From the NCBI GenBank assembly GCA_963719505.1, contig CAVRCF010000003.1:356969-420968 (forward strand): 64,000 nt of DNA, written 5' to 3'. A program made the position numbers and the translations under genes. This DNA is from Halobacteriovoraceae bacterium (GTDB taxonomy: Bacteria; Bdellovibrionota; Bacteriovoracia; Bacteriovoracales; Bacteriovoracaceae). Below the pieces are notes generated by a model that was given only the letters and a program-made list of their open reading frames with translations, had not been told where the DNA came from and ran no database searches. Of the stretch, positions 1 through 9,580 are shown one piece after another; position 1 is the stretch's first letter, and each line of letters begins with the position of its first letter.

Positions 1-2
1 CA

Positions 3-686
3 ATGGAAATTCAAAAGCATAAGCTTTTTCCTTCCTTTTTGAAAAAGTATAAATCAAAAGCCGAGCTTGATGGTTTAAGAAGTAAAACGATCGCGCTTAA
101 AGGTAAGGCCGTGCCTCTTTTAACTTATGTGATGAAATCAAAAGCTTTTCCTGAAAAAAATAGATGGATTGCAACCTTTGCTCTTGGGCAAATTATGGGA
201 AAGAAGGCAGCTCCTTTTCTCTCAAAGTTTACTCAGCATCCCAACTGGCTTTTAAGACTTGCAAGTTTAAAGTCACTCATGTCTTTGGATCAAAAACAGT
301 ACAAAGGGATTTACACGCGACTTTTATCGGATAAGGCCATGATTGTTCGTCTTCAGGCTTTGGAGACAATTAAGCAGTTTGAGCTCAAAGAACTTGCTCC
401 TTATGTCTGGGCGATGCTGTATGATGACCAAAATTACTCTGGCGCTCAGGGCACAAGAAAGCGCGGAGAGATAATCCGCTCTATTATTAGAACTGTAGGG
501 GATCTCAAGTTTGAAAAGGCCACAAAGCCGATGCTGGCGATGATTCAAAAAAAGAAATATAAAGATATCCATGAAGAACTTGATTATGCTCTTTCAAAAG
601 TGACTGGCAAGGCCTCTCCTGATGGAAACCTATCGATTAAAAAGCACTTTTGGAGAACGGAATCGCTTAAGCTTGTAAGCTTGTAA
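3..686 (+). CDS. HEAT-repeat protein (possibly 5'-truncated by window edge)
   Basis: Repeated HEAT/PBS-lyase-like helical motifs (RWIATFALGQI, LRLASLKSL, VRLQALETI). Confidence 0.7.
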   Translation: MEIQKHKLFPSFLKKYKSKAELDGLRSKTIALKGKAVPLLTYVMKSKAFPEKNRWIATFALGQIMGKKAAPFLSKFTQHPNWLLRLASLKSLMSLDQKQYKGIYTRLLSDKAMIVRLQALETIKQFELKELAPYVWAMLYDDQNYSGAQGTRKRGEIIRSIIRTVGDLKFEKATKPMLAMIQKKKYKDIHEELDYALSKVTGKASPDGNLSIKKHFWRTESLKLVSL

Positions 687-744
687 TTATTACCTAAGTC
701 ACCAAAATCCTTGAAAATGAATCGCTGCGTGCTAGTATCGTCAG

Positions 745-1263
745 ATGTTAAAAACATTTGTGCTACTTTTACTTCTCTCCTGTGCTCACGCTCACGCCTA
801 TCCTGCTAGTTGCCTGGCACAAGTGAAGATTAAAATGGAAATTTTAAAGTCTAAAAACCTAGGACTCTCTCAAAGTGTGGAGGATTCAATTGCTGATAAT
901 ATTTACTACTTCTGTGATCTAAAGCTTCGAGATGTCGAATCTTGGGCTTGCATGAATAGATCTTTTATCAGGCAAGATAGTAAATCTGACGTTATTCATA
1001 TTGGGCCTCAGTATAAAATTTGGTTTGAGGGAGTGAACGAAGAGGGAGTCTCACCTGAAGTTTTCGCCTACCAGGAAGATCCCCAAAATGGTACCCACCG
1101 TCTTAATACCTATATTTTAAATAATGATTTCAAGCTGATGCTTAGAGGTTCGTCGCCAATAAACTTTAGGATGTATGGTATGACCGTGGATAATCGCCAA
1201 GGCAGAGATAGAGCTTTCCATAATGTAGAGTGTTTTGATGTAAGAGGGCTAACGAACTACTAG
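745..1263 (+). CDS. Hypothetical exported protein
   Basis: N-terminal signal peptide (..AHAHA), several Cys; no recognisable family. Confidence 0.6.
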   Translation: MLKTFVLLLLLSCAHAHAYPASCLAQVKIKMEILKSKNLGLSQSVEDSIADNIYYFCDLKLRDVESWACMNRSFIRQDSKSDVIHIGPQYKIWFEGVNEEGVSPEVFAYQEDPQNGTHRLNTYILNNDFKLMLRGSSPINFRMYGMTVDNRQGRDRAFHNVECFDVRGLTNY

Positions 1264-1772
1264 AAATCTTCTAGTGCTTCTTTTTCTCGAGTTTTATCAA
1301 TAACCTTTAACTTCTTATCTATTTCAATCAGTCTCTCAATTCTATAAAGAAGAGTTTTTTCTTGGATAATATCAGTGGGCTTCTCTTTCCAACCTTGAAG
1401 AAAATCATTCTCCACTCTTTGTCTTTTAAAGACTGTCACCTTTGTTACTTTTCGACCATAGCTATAACCTTCGGCGACATTAATAAGCAGCTTAAACTCG
1501 GCAGCTTTAATAGCATCTTTACTTCCAAAAGAGTCAGCGAAATTGACTTGAAGAGTATTGTCCATCCACCTTGTTTTTATTTTTCCAGACTCTTGGTTTT
1601 GATAGGAGATATCAAATCTTTTCATTACTTGAATAACAGCTTGCCAAGTTTGGTTATAATCAGAAGCGTAAACTTGTGAAGGAATTTCAAGCTCCTCTGT
1701 TATCATCTTAAACTTTTCGTAAGAAGCACAAGAAGAGAAGAGGAATGTTAAAATGAGAAGTGCTTTAGTCAT
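1260..1772 (-). CDS. Outer-membrane lipoprotein, BamC/NlpB-like fold
   Basis: Lipobox FSSC; YNQTWQAVIQVM..ISYQNQESGKIKTRW pattern; overlaps lnt stop. Confidence 0.55.
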   Translation of the reverse strand: MTKALLILTFLFSSCASYEKFKMITEELEIPSQVYASDYNQTWQAVIQVMKRFDISYQNQESGKIKTRWMDNTLQVNFADSFGSKDAIKAAEFKLLINVAEGYSYGRKVTKVTVFKRQRVENDFLQGWKEKPTDIIQEKTLLYRIERLIEIDKKLKVIDKTREKEALEDF

Positions 1773-3348
1773 GTCTTAATCTTATCCTTAAAAGATGAAA
1801 AATAAAATAAAGAATCCAAAGAGGGAATATCGTCAAAAGACCAAAGCGCTGAAAGAGCGTTCTATCATTGACACCAAAGTTTGTTTTTATATCTAAATTT
1901 CCTGTTTTAAAAACCCCTAAACGTCTACTTTCTGTTCCATCAGGGTAAATAATAGAGCTAATACCTGTGTTGGTTGATCGGATGATGGGGATATTAAATT
2001 CAAGAGCTCTCCACTTGGCCAAAAAAAGATGTTGCTCCGGCTCCATGGTCTGACCATACCAAGAGTCGTTGGTAAGATTTATCATAAAGTGAGGCCTGTT
2101 TTTCAAAGAGTTCAAATAATCTCTAATGAACTCAGGTTTTAAAAGTTCATAGCAAATTGTACTGATAAACTGAGATCCATTTTCCAATTCAAAGACTGTA
2201 AATCGATCGCCTTCTTTGAAAAAGGAAATATTTTGAATATACGAGCTAAGGTATTTATTAAAGGGACCAAACGGGAGAGTTTCTCCAAAAGGAATGAGCA
2301 CTTGTTTATTGTAGTGGTCAAGAAGCTCTCCACTATCAGAGATATGAAAAGCTGTATTGCTTTCGGTTTTAAAATAAGAGCTGTCATCGTTTTTTCTTTG
2401 ACTATCGTAACCACCAACAAAAAGATTAGAATTTTGATTAATAGCAATCTGGGTCATCACAAGAGGGATATCGGTCTCACTCATTTGTTCTAGGTTTGTT
2501 CGAAGAGAGAACGGATAAGCTGTCTCAGGCCAAATTATAATATCTAATGCAGAAGAGAAGGGGCTGGGTTTATTAGAGAGACTTTTATAGCGATTGATAA
2601 CTTGACCTACCGATGCGTAAGTTCCTTTTTCTGAATCAATTTTTAAAAAATTAGAGATATTGGCCTGAACGATTCTTATATTCGTCTCAATTCTTTTTGA
2701 AGTATTTGTTTCTGGAATGAAAAAGGGGTTAAGAATAATAAATAAAATCACTGAGGCGTAGTTGAAAATATTAAATTTTTTGTTCTTAAAGAGCGAGAGA
2801 AATTCAAAGACCAGCAGATAACTAAAAAAAGAATAAATAGGAAGTCCAGCGATATGAGCGAAGCCCAAGTATTGGCTTAAAGCGATAATCGGTTGCCCCA
2901 AAAAGACGTTGAACTGCTGAGGCACCAAGTACTCACAAAGTGTGAGAAATAAAGCGAGAACAAAACTAAAAAGTCCGCGATCAAGGTTTTCGAGTGTTCG
3001 ACTATCTTTTTGAAAAAAGTGAATGATAAATAAAGCAGCCCAGTAGTGGGGGGTGATGATAAGACTAAAAAGAGCGTTGAGTAAAATCGCCACAGGATAA
3101 GGAAGGGCACCAAACTCCATCAACGTATTGGCGATCCAATAGAAGCCTGTCAGATTAAAGGCGAGATTAAAAGTGAGAAGGTAGAAGATCTTGGTCTTGA
3201 GCTTGTCCGTATTTAAGACAAAGAAAAAAAGAATTCCCACGCCAATCATAGGTGTGATGATAAGGCTTTGAGAGATGAGGCTTGGATAACCTAAAGCGTA
3301 GAGAACACCTGCAAAAAGCAAAAAAGCGTATGGTTTGATTTTTTCCAT
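1765..3348 (-). CDS. lnt: Apolipoprotein N-acyltransferase
   Basis: Multi-TM N-terminus; VQANI, IIWPETA, YNKQVLIPFGE, ICYE, NLTNDSWYG, RSTNTGIS nitrilase-fold motifs. Confidence 0.95.
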   Translation of the reverse strand: MEKIKPYAFLLFAGVLYALGYPSLISQSLIITPMIGVGILFFFVLNTDKLKTKIFYLLTFNLAFNLTGFYWIANTLMEFGALPYPVAILLNALFSLIITPHYWAALFIIHFFQKDSRTLENLDRGLFSFVLALFLTLCEYLVPQQFNVFLGQPIIALSQYLGFAHIAGLPIYSFFSYLLVFEFLSLFKNKKFNIFNYASVILFIILNPFFIPETNTSKRIETNIRIVQANISNFLKIDSEKGTYASVGQVINRYKSLSNKPSPFSSALDIIIWPETAYPFSLRTNLEQMSETDIPLVMTQIAINQNSNLFVGGYDSQRKNDDSSYFKTESNTAFHISDSGELLDHYNKQVLIPFGETLPFGPFNKYLSSYIQNISFFKEGDRFTVFELENGSQFISTICYELLKPEFIRDYLNSLKNRPHFMINLTNDSWYGQTMEPEQHLFLAKWRALEFNIPIIRSTNTGISSIIYPDGTESRRLGVFKTGNLDIKTNFGVNDRTLFQRFGLLTIFPLWILYFIFHLLRIRLRHD

Positions 3349-3380
3349 ACGCTTATAGTAAATGATTTAATTGTTTTTGA

Positions 3381-4460
3381 CTATTTTGTCGCTACGTTTC
3401 TTCCAGTTGAGAAAAGCTTTCCATGAACGTGACTTGCGATATCTAGTGCTCTGGATGCATCGAGCTTTCCACCACCGAGAACTTTACCTTTTAGAGTCTT
3501 AGCTTTTAGTGATGAGCTGATAATAATATTTCTTACTTGTTGGTAATTAAACTCAGGAAATTGAGATTTAACTAAAGCGACAACACCAGTAACAAAGGCC
3601 GTTGCTTGAGAAGTTCCTGTCATGAACCCTGCACCATTATTAGGAATTGCTGACTTAATTCTAAAACCTGGAGCTGCGATATCAACTGATTTTGATCCCC
3701 AGTTTGAAGCAGAGATTAAATTATTTGATTCGTCGTGAGCTCCAACCGTGATGATATTTGAGAGTCCATAACTTGCAGGGTAGTAGGCATTCTTTTTTCT
3801 ATCAATATTTGATCTTTCATTTCCAGCTGCTGCGATAACAAGGATTCCCTTTCTCTCAGCTTTCTTTAAGACTGCAAGCTCTGCTACGCTGGCCTCTGGA
3901 CCTCCGCCTGAGTAGTTGATGATATCAACATTTTGATCAACAGCGTACTCAAGGGCCTTGATTGTTGAATCTAGGTTTGCTTGGCCTGATGCTTTTGGAT
4001 TATAGTATTTTAAAGCGAGAATTCTAACATCTGGAAAAATACTTTTTACAATTCCTGAGACGTGAGTTCCATGCCCGTGTGAGTCGTCTGGTGTCGTCGT
4101 TGGAGACTTTGTTGAAAAATCCATACCGTAGTTCTTTTTATCCAACTTTCCTTTAACTGCTACAAGATTGTCTTTTAGAAAGGGATGGTTGAATTGGATT
4201 CCGGTATCCACAACTGCAACAGTAATATCTTTTTTCTTATGAAATCTTTTCCACGAAGCTGATAAGTTAATTGATGACTTTGAGTTATTCGGATCGATTC
4301 CCCAGCTGGTAAATCGGCTTGTTAGGTTTGTCGGAGCATAAAAAGAGCTCGACTCCTTCTTAACAACAAGATTAGTTGTTTTTAATGACTTTGATTGAAC
4401 TGATGAAGTAGCGACAAGAGTTGCTGCTAGTAATGTGATTTTCAAGTTCATTTTCAACAT
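3381..4460 (-). CDS. Secreted subtilisin-family (S8) serine protease
   Basis: Signal peptide; triad motifs VVDTG, HGTHV, GTSQA; AAAGN oxyanion motif. Confidence 0.93.
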   Translation of the reverse strand: MLKMNLKITLLAATLVATSSVQSKSLKTTNLVVKKESSSFYAPTNLTSRFTSWGIDPNNSKSSINLSASWKRFHKKKDITVAVVDTGIQFNHPFLKDNLVAVKGKLDKKNYGMDFSTKSPTTTPDDSHGHGTHVSGIVKSIFPDVRILALKYYNPKASGQANLDSTIKALEYAVDQNVDIINYSGGGPEASVAELAVLKKAERKGILVIAAAGNERSNIDRKKNAYYPASYGLSNIITVGAHDESNNLISASNWGSKSVDIAAPGFRIKSAIPNNGAGFMTGTSQATAFVTGVVALVKSQFPEFNYQQVRNIIISSSLKAKTLKGKVLGGGKLDASRALDIASHVHGKLFSTGRNVATK

Positions 4461-4501
4461 AATTTAACCTTCGGCTTTAAGTATAGTCTCACACATATAG
4501 A

Positions 4502-4517
4502 AGCAAGTTACTTGCCA
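4502..4517 (-). promoter_or_regulatory. Putative sigma-54 (-24/-12) promoter of the subtilase
   Basis: Minus strand TGGCAAGTAACTTGCT: GG-N10-GC with TTGC, about 40 nt upstream of the start codon. Confidence 0.7.
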
Positions 4518-4602
4518 ATACTTAAAGTGTGATTCCTTATACTTATAGAACTTATCTGTGTCTAATGTTTAAACATGTACCTAAAAAATTGATAATTTGA
4601 TC

Positions 4603-4630
4603 AAAAAAAACCCTCAAGAGACTTGAGGGC
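4603..4630 (-). terminator. Intrinsic terminator downstream of dksA
   Basis: Minus strand CCCTCAAG-tct-CTTGAGGG followed by T8. Confidence 0.85.
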
Positions 4631-4685
4631 TAAACTACTAGAATATTTAATCTTTTGGAGTGTTTTAACGTTAACTGGACTAAAT

Positions 4686-5054
4686 TTAGGCTCTTCTGCT
4701 GAATTGGTGAGAAGCTTCGCGCTCTCTTTCTTCGGCAACTTCTAGGCAAAATTCCGCCCATGGCTGAGTCTTTAGTCTTTTTTCAGAAATTTCTTCTCCA
4801 GAATCTAGGCAGATTCCATAAGATCCATCTTCTATTCTTTCAAGTGCAGCATCTATTCTTCTGAGCTTGACCATTTCTTTTTCACGTATGCTAAATGAAA
4901 CTTGTTGATTTACTGTGTTGTTGGCAAGATCGGCTTCATCGGCAACTGGCTCTATCTTTAGGTCTTCAAGATTGCTGAGAATTCCACTGTTAAGTATCTG
5001 ATTTCTCGATTCAAGCAGTCTTGTTTTAAAAAACTCTGTTTTCTTTTTGTCCAT
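4686..5054 (-). CDS. dksA: DksA/TraR family transcription factor, two-cysteine type
   Basis: DEAD acidic tip, ALERIEDGSYGIC..GEEI..KRL..P; start moved to ATG 5054 after a GGAGGAG RBS. Confidence 0.88.
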   Translation of the reverse strand: MDKKKTEFFKTRLLESRNQILNSGILSNLEDLKIEPVADEADLANNTVNQQVSFSIREKEMVKLRRIDAALERIEDGSYGICLDSGEEISEKRLKTQPWAEFCLEVAEEREREASHQFSRRA

Positions 5055-5272
5055 GATCTTCTCCTCCGTGATTAATTGCTTTGATTTCCCACTCAGATCC
5101 TTGAAAGGGAAAGTCATCAAAGCCCAATAATTTTAACTCACTTTGTAACCCGAGATCAAGAAGAATGAAACTAGGCAAGAATTGTGTAAGTATTTGTTTG
5201 AAAACCCTAAATAGGAAAAATTGACAGTCTTTGTCTAGAATAGATATGATAGTCGTTAGTCTTTAATTATAG

Positions 5273-6646
5273 GTGGTTAGGAATATCTTAATAAAACTGA
5301 TACCCATATTTATTTTTATCTCAGTTCTTGTTTCAAGTTGTGGGAAGAAAATTGAAGAAGATAGTTCTTCAGGCGATCCACCTACTCGTGAAGATAGGGG
5401 GATAGATCCTGCAGATGATCAAAGAGTGCGTGAATTTATCTCCAAGCAAACCATTACTTGTGAGGATCAAAATGAGTGTTCCAGAAGCGTCGCTAAAGTT
5501 GTTGTGCTTAATAGGCAAGCGGTAAAGTTTTGCACCGGCACTCTTATTCAAAAAAACATTGTTGCCGTCGCCTCAAGTTGCCTCACCCGTGCGCTTAGAG
5601 TTCCTGGAATTAGCTGTTTTGAAAGTGTGCATATTTTGTTTCCAGAAACAAAGTACAGAAATAAGAAAACTGTAAAATGCCAACGAATTATTCAAAGTGA
5701 TAATAATAACTTTGCCGACTCCGCTCTTTTAAAAACAGATGTCGCCCTTATTGAACTTCAAGATGATGTGAGTAGTAGAAGTGCGAGGTACTCAAACGAA
5801 GGCTTTAGAGAGAATGGAATCTACACAGCTTGGAAGGTCAATGTTCAAAACCAATACGATGCAACCATAACGCAAGATAAATGTAGCGCCCTTTTTGGAA
5901 GCTATGCCAATCCTTTTGTGACAAGTTCAAAAGCGCCTTTTATGACCGTTAGTGGTTGTCCATTTCAAGAAGGAAATTTAGGGGCTCCACTTGTTAACTT
6001 CAGAGGTGAAGTCAAAGGTATTATTAGCGCTCCAGTCAATCAGGGGTTAATCGACTCTTTAAAGAGGGCTGGAAGCCTAAGGGAAGAAGTCAGTAAGATT
6101 GCTCACGTTTCTAACTTTTCGTGTTTTACCTATCCCTTTGACTCCGACTCCTTGGATCCTGAATGCAAGGTCTCTGTAAGTGAGATCAAATTAAAGATTT
6201 TAAGAATCGAGATGCTTAATAGAGACTCTGTTCACGATGAAAATAAGGCTGACATTAAAGAAGAGCTTGAAGAGTATCGACGCTACTTCAAATGGAATAT
6301 AGACTTTGTTAAAAATCAACAAGACGATTTTTATGAAACTCATATCACAAGTCCCAAGTGTTTATTTAGCTCGGCTTCTTGGCTTGGTGAGTTTAGAAAT
6401 GGAAGAAAGTATCGAACTTGGGTCACCAAAGAGATCTCTTATAAAAACTATATTTTAAAAAATAAACTTGATCGATTTTTAAAACCCGTTTCAGTTGCAA
6501 CGATTACTCCACCGAAATCTTATTTCCTCTCTTTCAGTCCTTCAAGGGTTTACGAAAACGGAAATACTAATCTCTATATTAATTCAAGCTTGTTTGGGGC
6601 AGACACTGTGACGGAACATAGTATCGTCAGAGAAGAATGTCGTTAA
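5273..6646 (+). CDS. Lipoprotein with trypsin-like (S1) domain, catalytic triad degenerate
   Basis: Lipobox VSSC; FCTGTLI..VAVASSC, DVALIEL and EGNLGAPL align with the S1 TAAHC/DIAL/GDSGGP motifs. Confidence 0.7.
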   Translation: MVRNILIKLIPIFIFISVLVSSCGKKIEEDSSSGDPPTREDRGIDPADDQRVREFISKQTITCEDQNECSRSVAKVVVLNRQAVKFCTGTLIQKNIVAVASSCLTRALRVPGISCFESVHILFPETKYRNKKTVKCQRIIQSDNNNFADSALLKTDVALIELQDDVSSRSARYSNEGFRENGIYTAWKVNVQNQYDATITQDKCSALFGSYANPFVTSSKAPFMTVSGCPFQEGNLGAPLVNFRGEVKGIISAPVNQGLIDSLKRAGSLREEVSKIAHVSNFSCFTYPFDSDSLDPECKVSVSEIKLKILRIEMLNRDSVHDENKADIKEELEEYRRYFKWNIDFVKNQQDDFYETHITSPKCLFSSASWLGEFRNGRKYRTWVTKEISYKNYILKNKLDRFLKPVSVATITPPKSYFLSFSPSRVYENGNTNLYINSSLFGADTVTEHSIVREECR

Positions 6647-6684
6647 CGGTTTAATGCCTTCAAGACAGTTAAAGAACATAGACT

Positions 6685-7713
6685 TTATTGCTTAAGATCT
6701 CTCCAGCTTTTTCCTTCTCTACGTCTAGAATTCTTTTGCCAATACTCTACAGCTTTTAAATGTTCTTTGTAAGTTGGAGTAAAAACATGAGTGCCATCAT
6801 TTTTAGAAACAAAGTAGATAAAGTCGTGTTCTTGTGGTTCTAGAACAGCTTTAATCGCGGCTAAAGAGGGGCTTGCAATAGGTCCAAGTGGCAGGCCACT
6901 CATTTTGTAGGTGTTATATTTTGTTTTTTGAAGGAGATGCTTTCGTCTTAAGTTTCCATCAAAGTTTTCCCAGATTCCATAGATTGTCGTAGGATCTGCT
7001 TGTAAACGCATTCTCTTTTTTAATCTATTGAGATAAACTCCAGCAATCGTCTTTCTTTCAAATTTTGCCCCAGTCTCTTTCTCAACAATTGAAGCTAATG
7101 TGATGACTTGGTATTTTGAAAGATTACTTTTTGAAAAGTTTAGATTTGAAACCTTCTCATTAAAGAGTCTTACCATTGTTGCAACAACGATATTTGCAGG
7201 AGTATTGGGAGCAAACTTGTAGGTGTCAGGAAAGAGGTAACCCTCTAGGCTAGGAGCTTGTGCTGAAATTAACGCAATATTTTTAGGATTTCGGCAAGCT
7301 TTCACAAAGGCTTTATAGGTTGTGATTTTACTTTGCTCAAAAATTTTACCAATCTCGAACATGTTTTTGCCTTCGGGAATAGTAACACTTGTAAGGATAG
7401 GAGTTCCGTTGGTGAGGGTTTCGAGAACCTCTCCCATATCCATGCCGTCGGTGATGGCATAAGTCCCAGCTTTAAACTTTGTCAGCGAGTCATTAAATTT
7501 TGTGTAGTAGTGAAAAAGTCTAGCATTATCGATGATTTTTGCTTTTTTAAGACGGTAATTGATGCTGGAAAAACCTTCTCCTGAACGAATAGTAAAGCTC
7601 GTTTGAGGACCAGAGTAGGGTTTGTAAAAAGCAAACATAATTTGAGCGAGCCCAAAAATAACTAAAAATAAGACGGCTACAATTGATAGCCCAATGACGG
7701 ATCTTTTATTCAT
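6685..7713 (-). CDS. mltG: Endolytic transglycosylase MltG
   Basis: N-terminal TM; TIPEG, LEGYLFPDTY, LASIVEKE, LQADPT, GLPLGPI motifs. Confidence 0.95.
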   Translation of the reverse strand: MNKRSVIGLSIVAVLFLVIFGLAQIMFAFYKPYSGPQTSFTIRSGEGFSSINYRLKKAKIIDNARLFHYYTKFNDSLTKFKAGTYAITDGMDMGEVLETLTNGTPILTSVTIPEGKNMFEIGKIFEQSKITTYKAFVKACRNPKNIALISAQAPSLEGYLFPDTYKFAPNTPANIVVATMVRLFNEKVSNLNFSKSNLSKYQVITLASIVEKETGAKFERKTIAGVYLNRLKKRMRLQADPTTIYGIWENFDGNLRRKHLLQKTKYNTYKMSGLPLGPIASPSLAAIKAVLEPQEHDFIYFVSKNDGTHVFTPTYKEHLKAVEYWQKNSRRREGKSWRDLKQ

Positions 7714-7750
7714 GCGAAAAGTCTAAAGGATTGATTTAACTCTGTCCCAA

Positions 7751-8215
7751 CTAATTTTCGGCGAGATTGACGAATTGCTCTAAAATGATTGAGGCACTCA
7801 TTGCGTCAATCTTGGTAAGATCAACTTTGAAGTTGTAGCGGGGATCATTTTTCATTCGCTCTTCGGCTTCAAAAGTCGTGAGCGTTTCATCAATATAATA
7901 GACGGGAATTGAGACTGAATTTTTTAACTTGTCACCAAAAGCCTTAATGGTCTTGGTCATGGTCGATTCTCGTCCGTCAGTAAAGCGGGGGATGCCCAAA
8001 ATGATAATATCGATGAATTCTTCGGACAGAATCTTTTGAATTTCGGATATTAATTGCTCATCTGACTCATATTTAACTCTTCCAAAGAGAAGGATCATGG
8101 GGTCGATATTGACCTTGTAGTTAGACAAGCCAGTGAATTTCTGTCCATAATCGATCGCCAACAGGTGCTTTCGATCGATGTCAGATTTTTTGGGGGATAT
8201 TTCCATGCTTGACAT
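7751..8215 (-). CDS. ruvX: YqgF/RuvX pre-16S rRNA nuclease
   Basis: LAIDYG, LGIP, IDETLTT, IDAMSASIIL motifs. Confidence 0.9.
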   Translation of the reverse strand: MSSMEISPKKSDIDRKHLLAIDYGQKFTGLSNYKVNIDPMILLFGRVKYESDEQLISEIQKILSEEFIDIIILGIPRFTDGRESTMTKTIKAFGDKLKNSVSIPVYYIDETLTTFEAEERMKNDPRYNFKVDLTKIDAMSASIILEQFVNLAEN

Positions 8216-8326
8216 CCTACTCCAAGAAGCTATTATTTACCATATCAAACAATACTAATCAGATTCATTCAGTAACAAAAGTCTATCGAGTGAAATTCCC
8301 TAAATGTGCCATTTTTCGGAGAATCC

Positions 8327-9578
8327 ATGCATTTAAATGAACTAAGAGAAAAAGAAATTAAAGAACTTACAAAAATTGCGACTAAAGACGGTATTGATAA
8401 CACTGCCGGAATGAAAAAACACGAAATCATTTTCGCTCTCTTAAAAAAGACTGCTGAAAAAGAGAGTCTATCTATGGTGAAGGTGTTTTAGAAATTCTTC
8501 CTGATGGATTTGGATTTTTAAGATCTCCAGATTACAACTATCTTCCAGGTGCGGATGATATTTATGTCAGCTCCTTCTCAAATAAGAAGATTTGGCTTAA
8601 GAACAGGTGATACAATTGACAGGTGAAATTAGACCGCCAAAAGAAGGCGAGAGATATTTTGCTCTTTTAAAGATTGAGACAATTAACTCTCAGACTCCAG
8701 CAAGAACATAAACAAACAGTTCTTTTCGATAACTTAACTCCATTATACCCTGAGAAAAAAATTAATCTTGAAGGCAGATCCAACGGGTATTCGACTCGAA
8801 TTATCGATCTTTTTGTTCCTCAAGGTTTTGGACAAAGATGTTTAATCGTTGCACCTCCAAAAGCAGGTAAGACTGTTTTACTTCAAGATATTGCCAACTG
8901 CAATTTCAACCAATCATGCGGAAGCAAAGCTTAATTGTTCTTCTTATTGATGAGAGACCAGAAGAAGTTACAGATATGAAACGAAGTGTAAAGCTGAGGT
9001 TATTTCAAGTACATTTGATGAGCCAGCATCACGACACGTTCAAGTTGCTGAGATGGTTATCGAAAAAGCGAAAAGATTAGTTGAAGCGGGACAAGATGTT
9101 ATTATTCTTCTTGATTCAATTACTCGTCTTGCTCGTGCATACAACACAGTTATTCCACCAAGTGGAAAGATTCTCTCTGGTGGTGTTGACTCAAACGCCC
9201 TTCATAAACCGAAAAGATTTTTTGGTGCTGCTAGAAATATCGAAAATGGTGGATCTCTTACAATTATTGCAACAGCACTTATTGATACGGGCTCTAGAAT
9301 GGATGAAGTTATCTTTGAGGAATTCAAAGGAACTGGTAACTCTGAGATTCAACTTGATAGAAAGCTTATGGAAAAAAGAATTTTCCCTTGTCTCGACATA
9401 AATAAGTCTTCGACACGTAAAGAGGATCTTCTTATCGCTCCAGAAGATATGCAAAAAACATTTATTCTTCAGACGAGTTCTTCACCCAATGAATACAATC
9501 GATTCGATGGAATTTGTTTTAGATAAAATAAAAAATACCAAAGACAATGCTGGATTTATGGATTTGATGAATGGTTAA
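8327..9578 (+). pseudogene. rho: Transcription termination factor Rho, split by about 8 single-base indels (probably sequencing errors)
   Basis: Fragments join to a full-length Rho: [68 protein letters not shown]; start ATG 8327, stop TAA 9578. Confidence 0.93.
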
Positions 9579-9580
9579 TA

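Noticed and set aside
8327-9578. Programmed frameshifting or a naturally split rho
   Set aside because: About eight shifts in mixed directions without slippery-site or stimulator patterns; sequencing error is far more parsimonious
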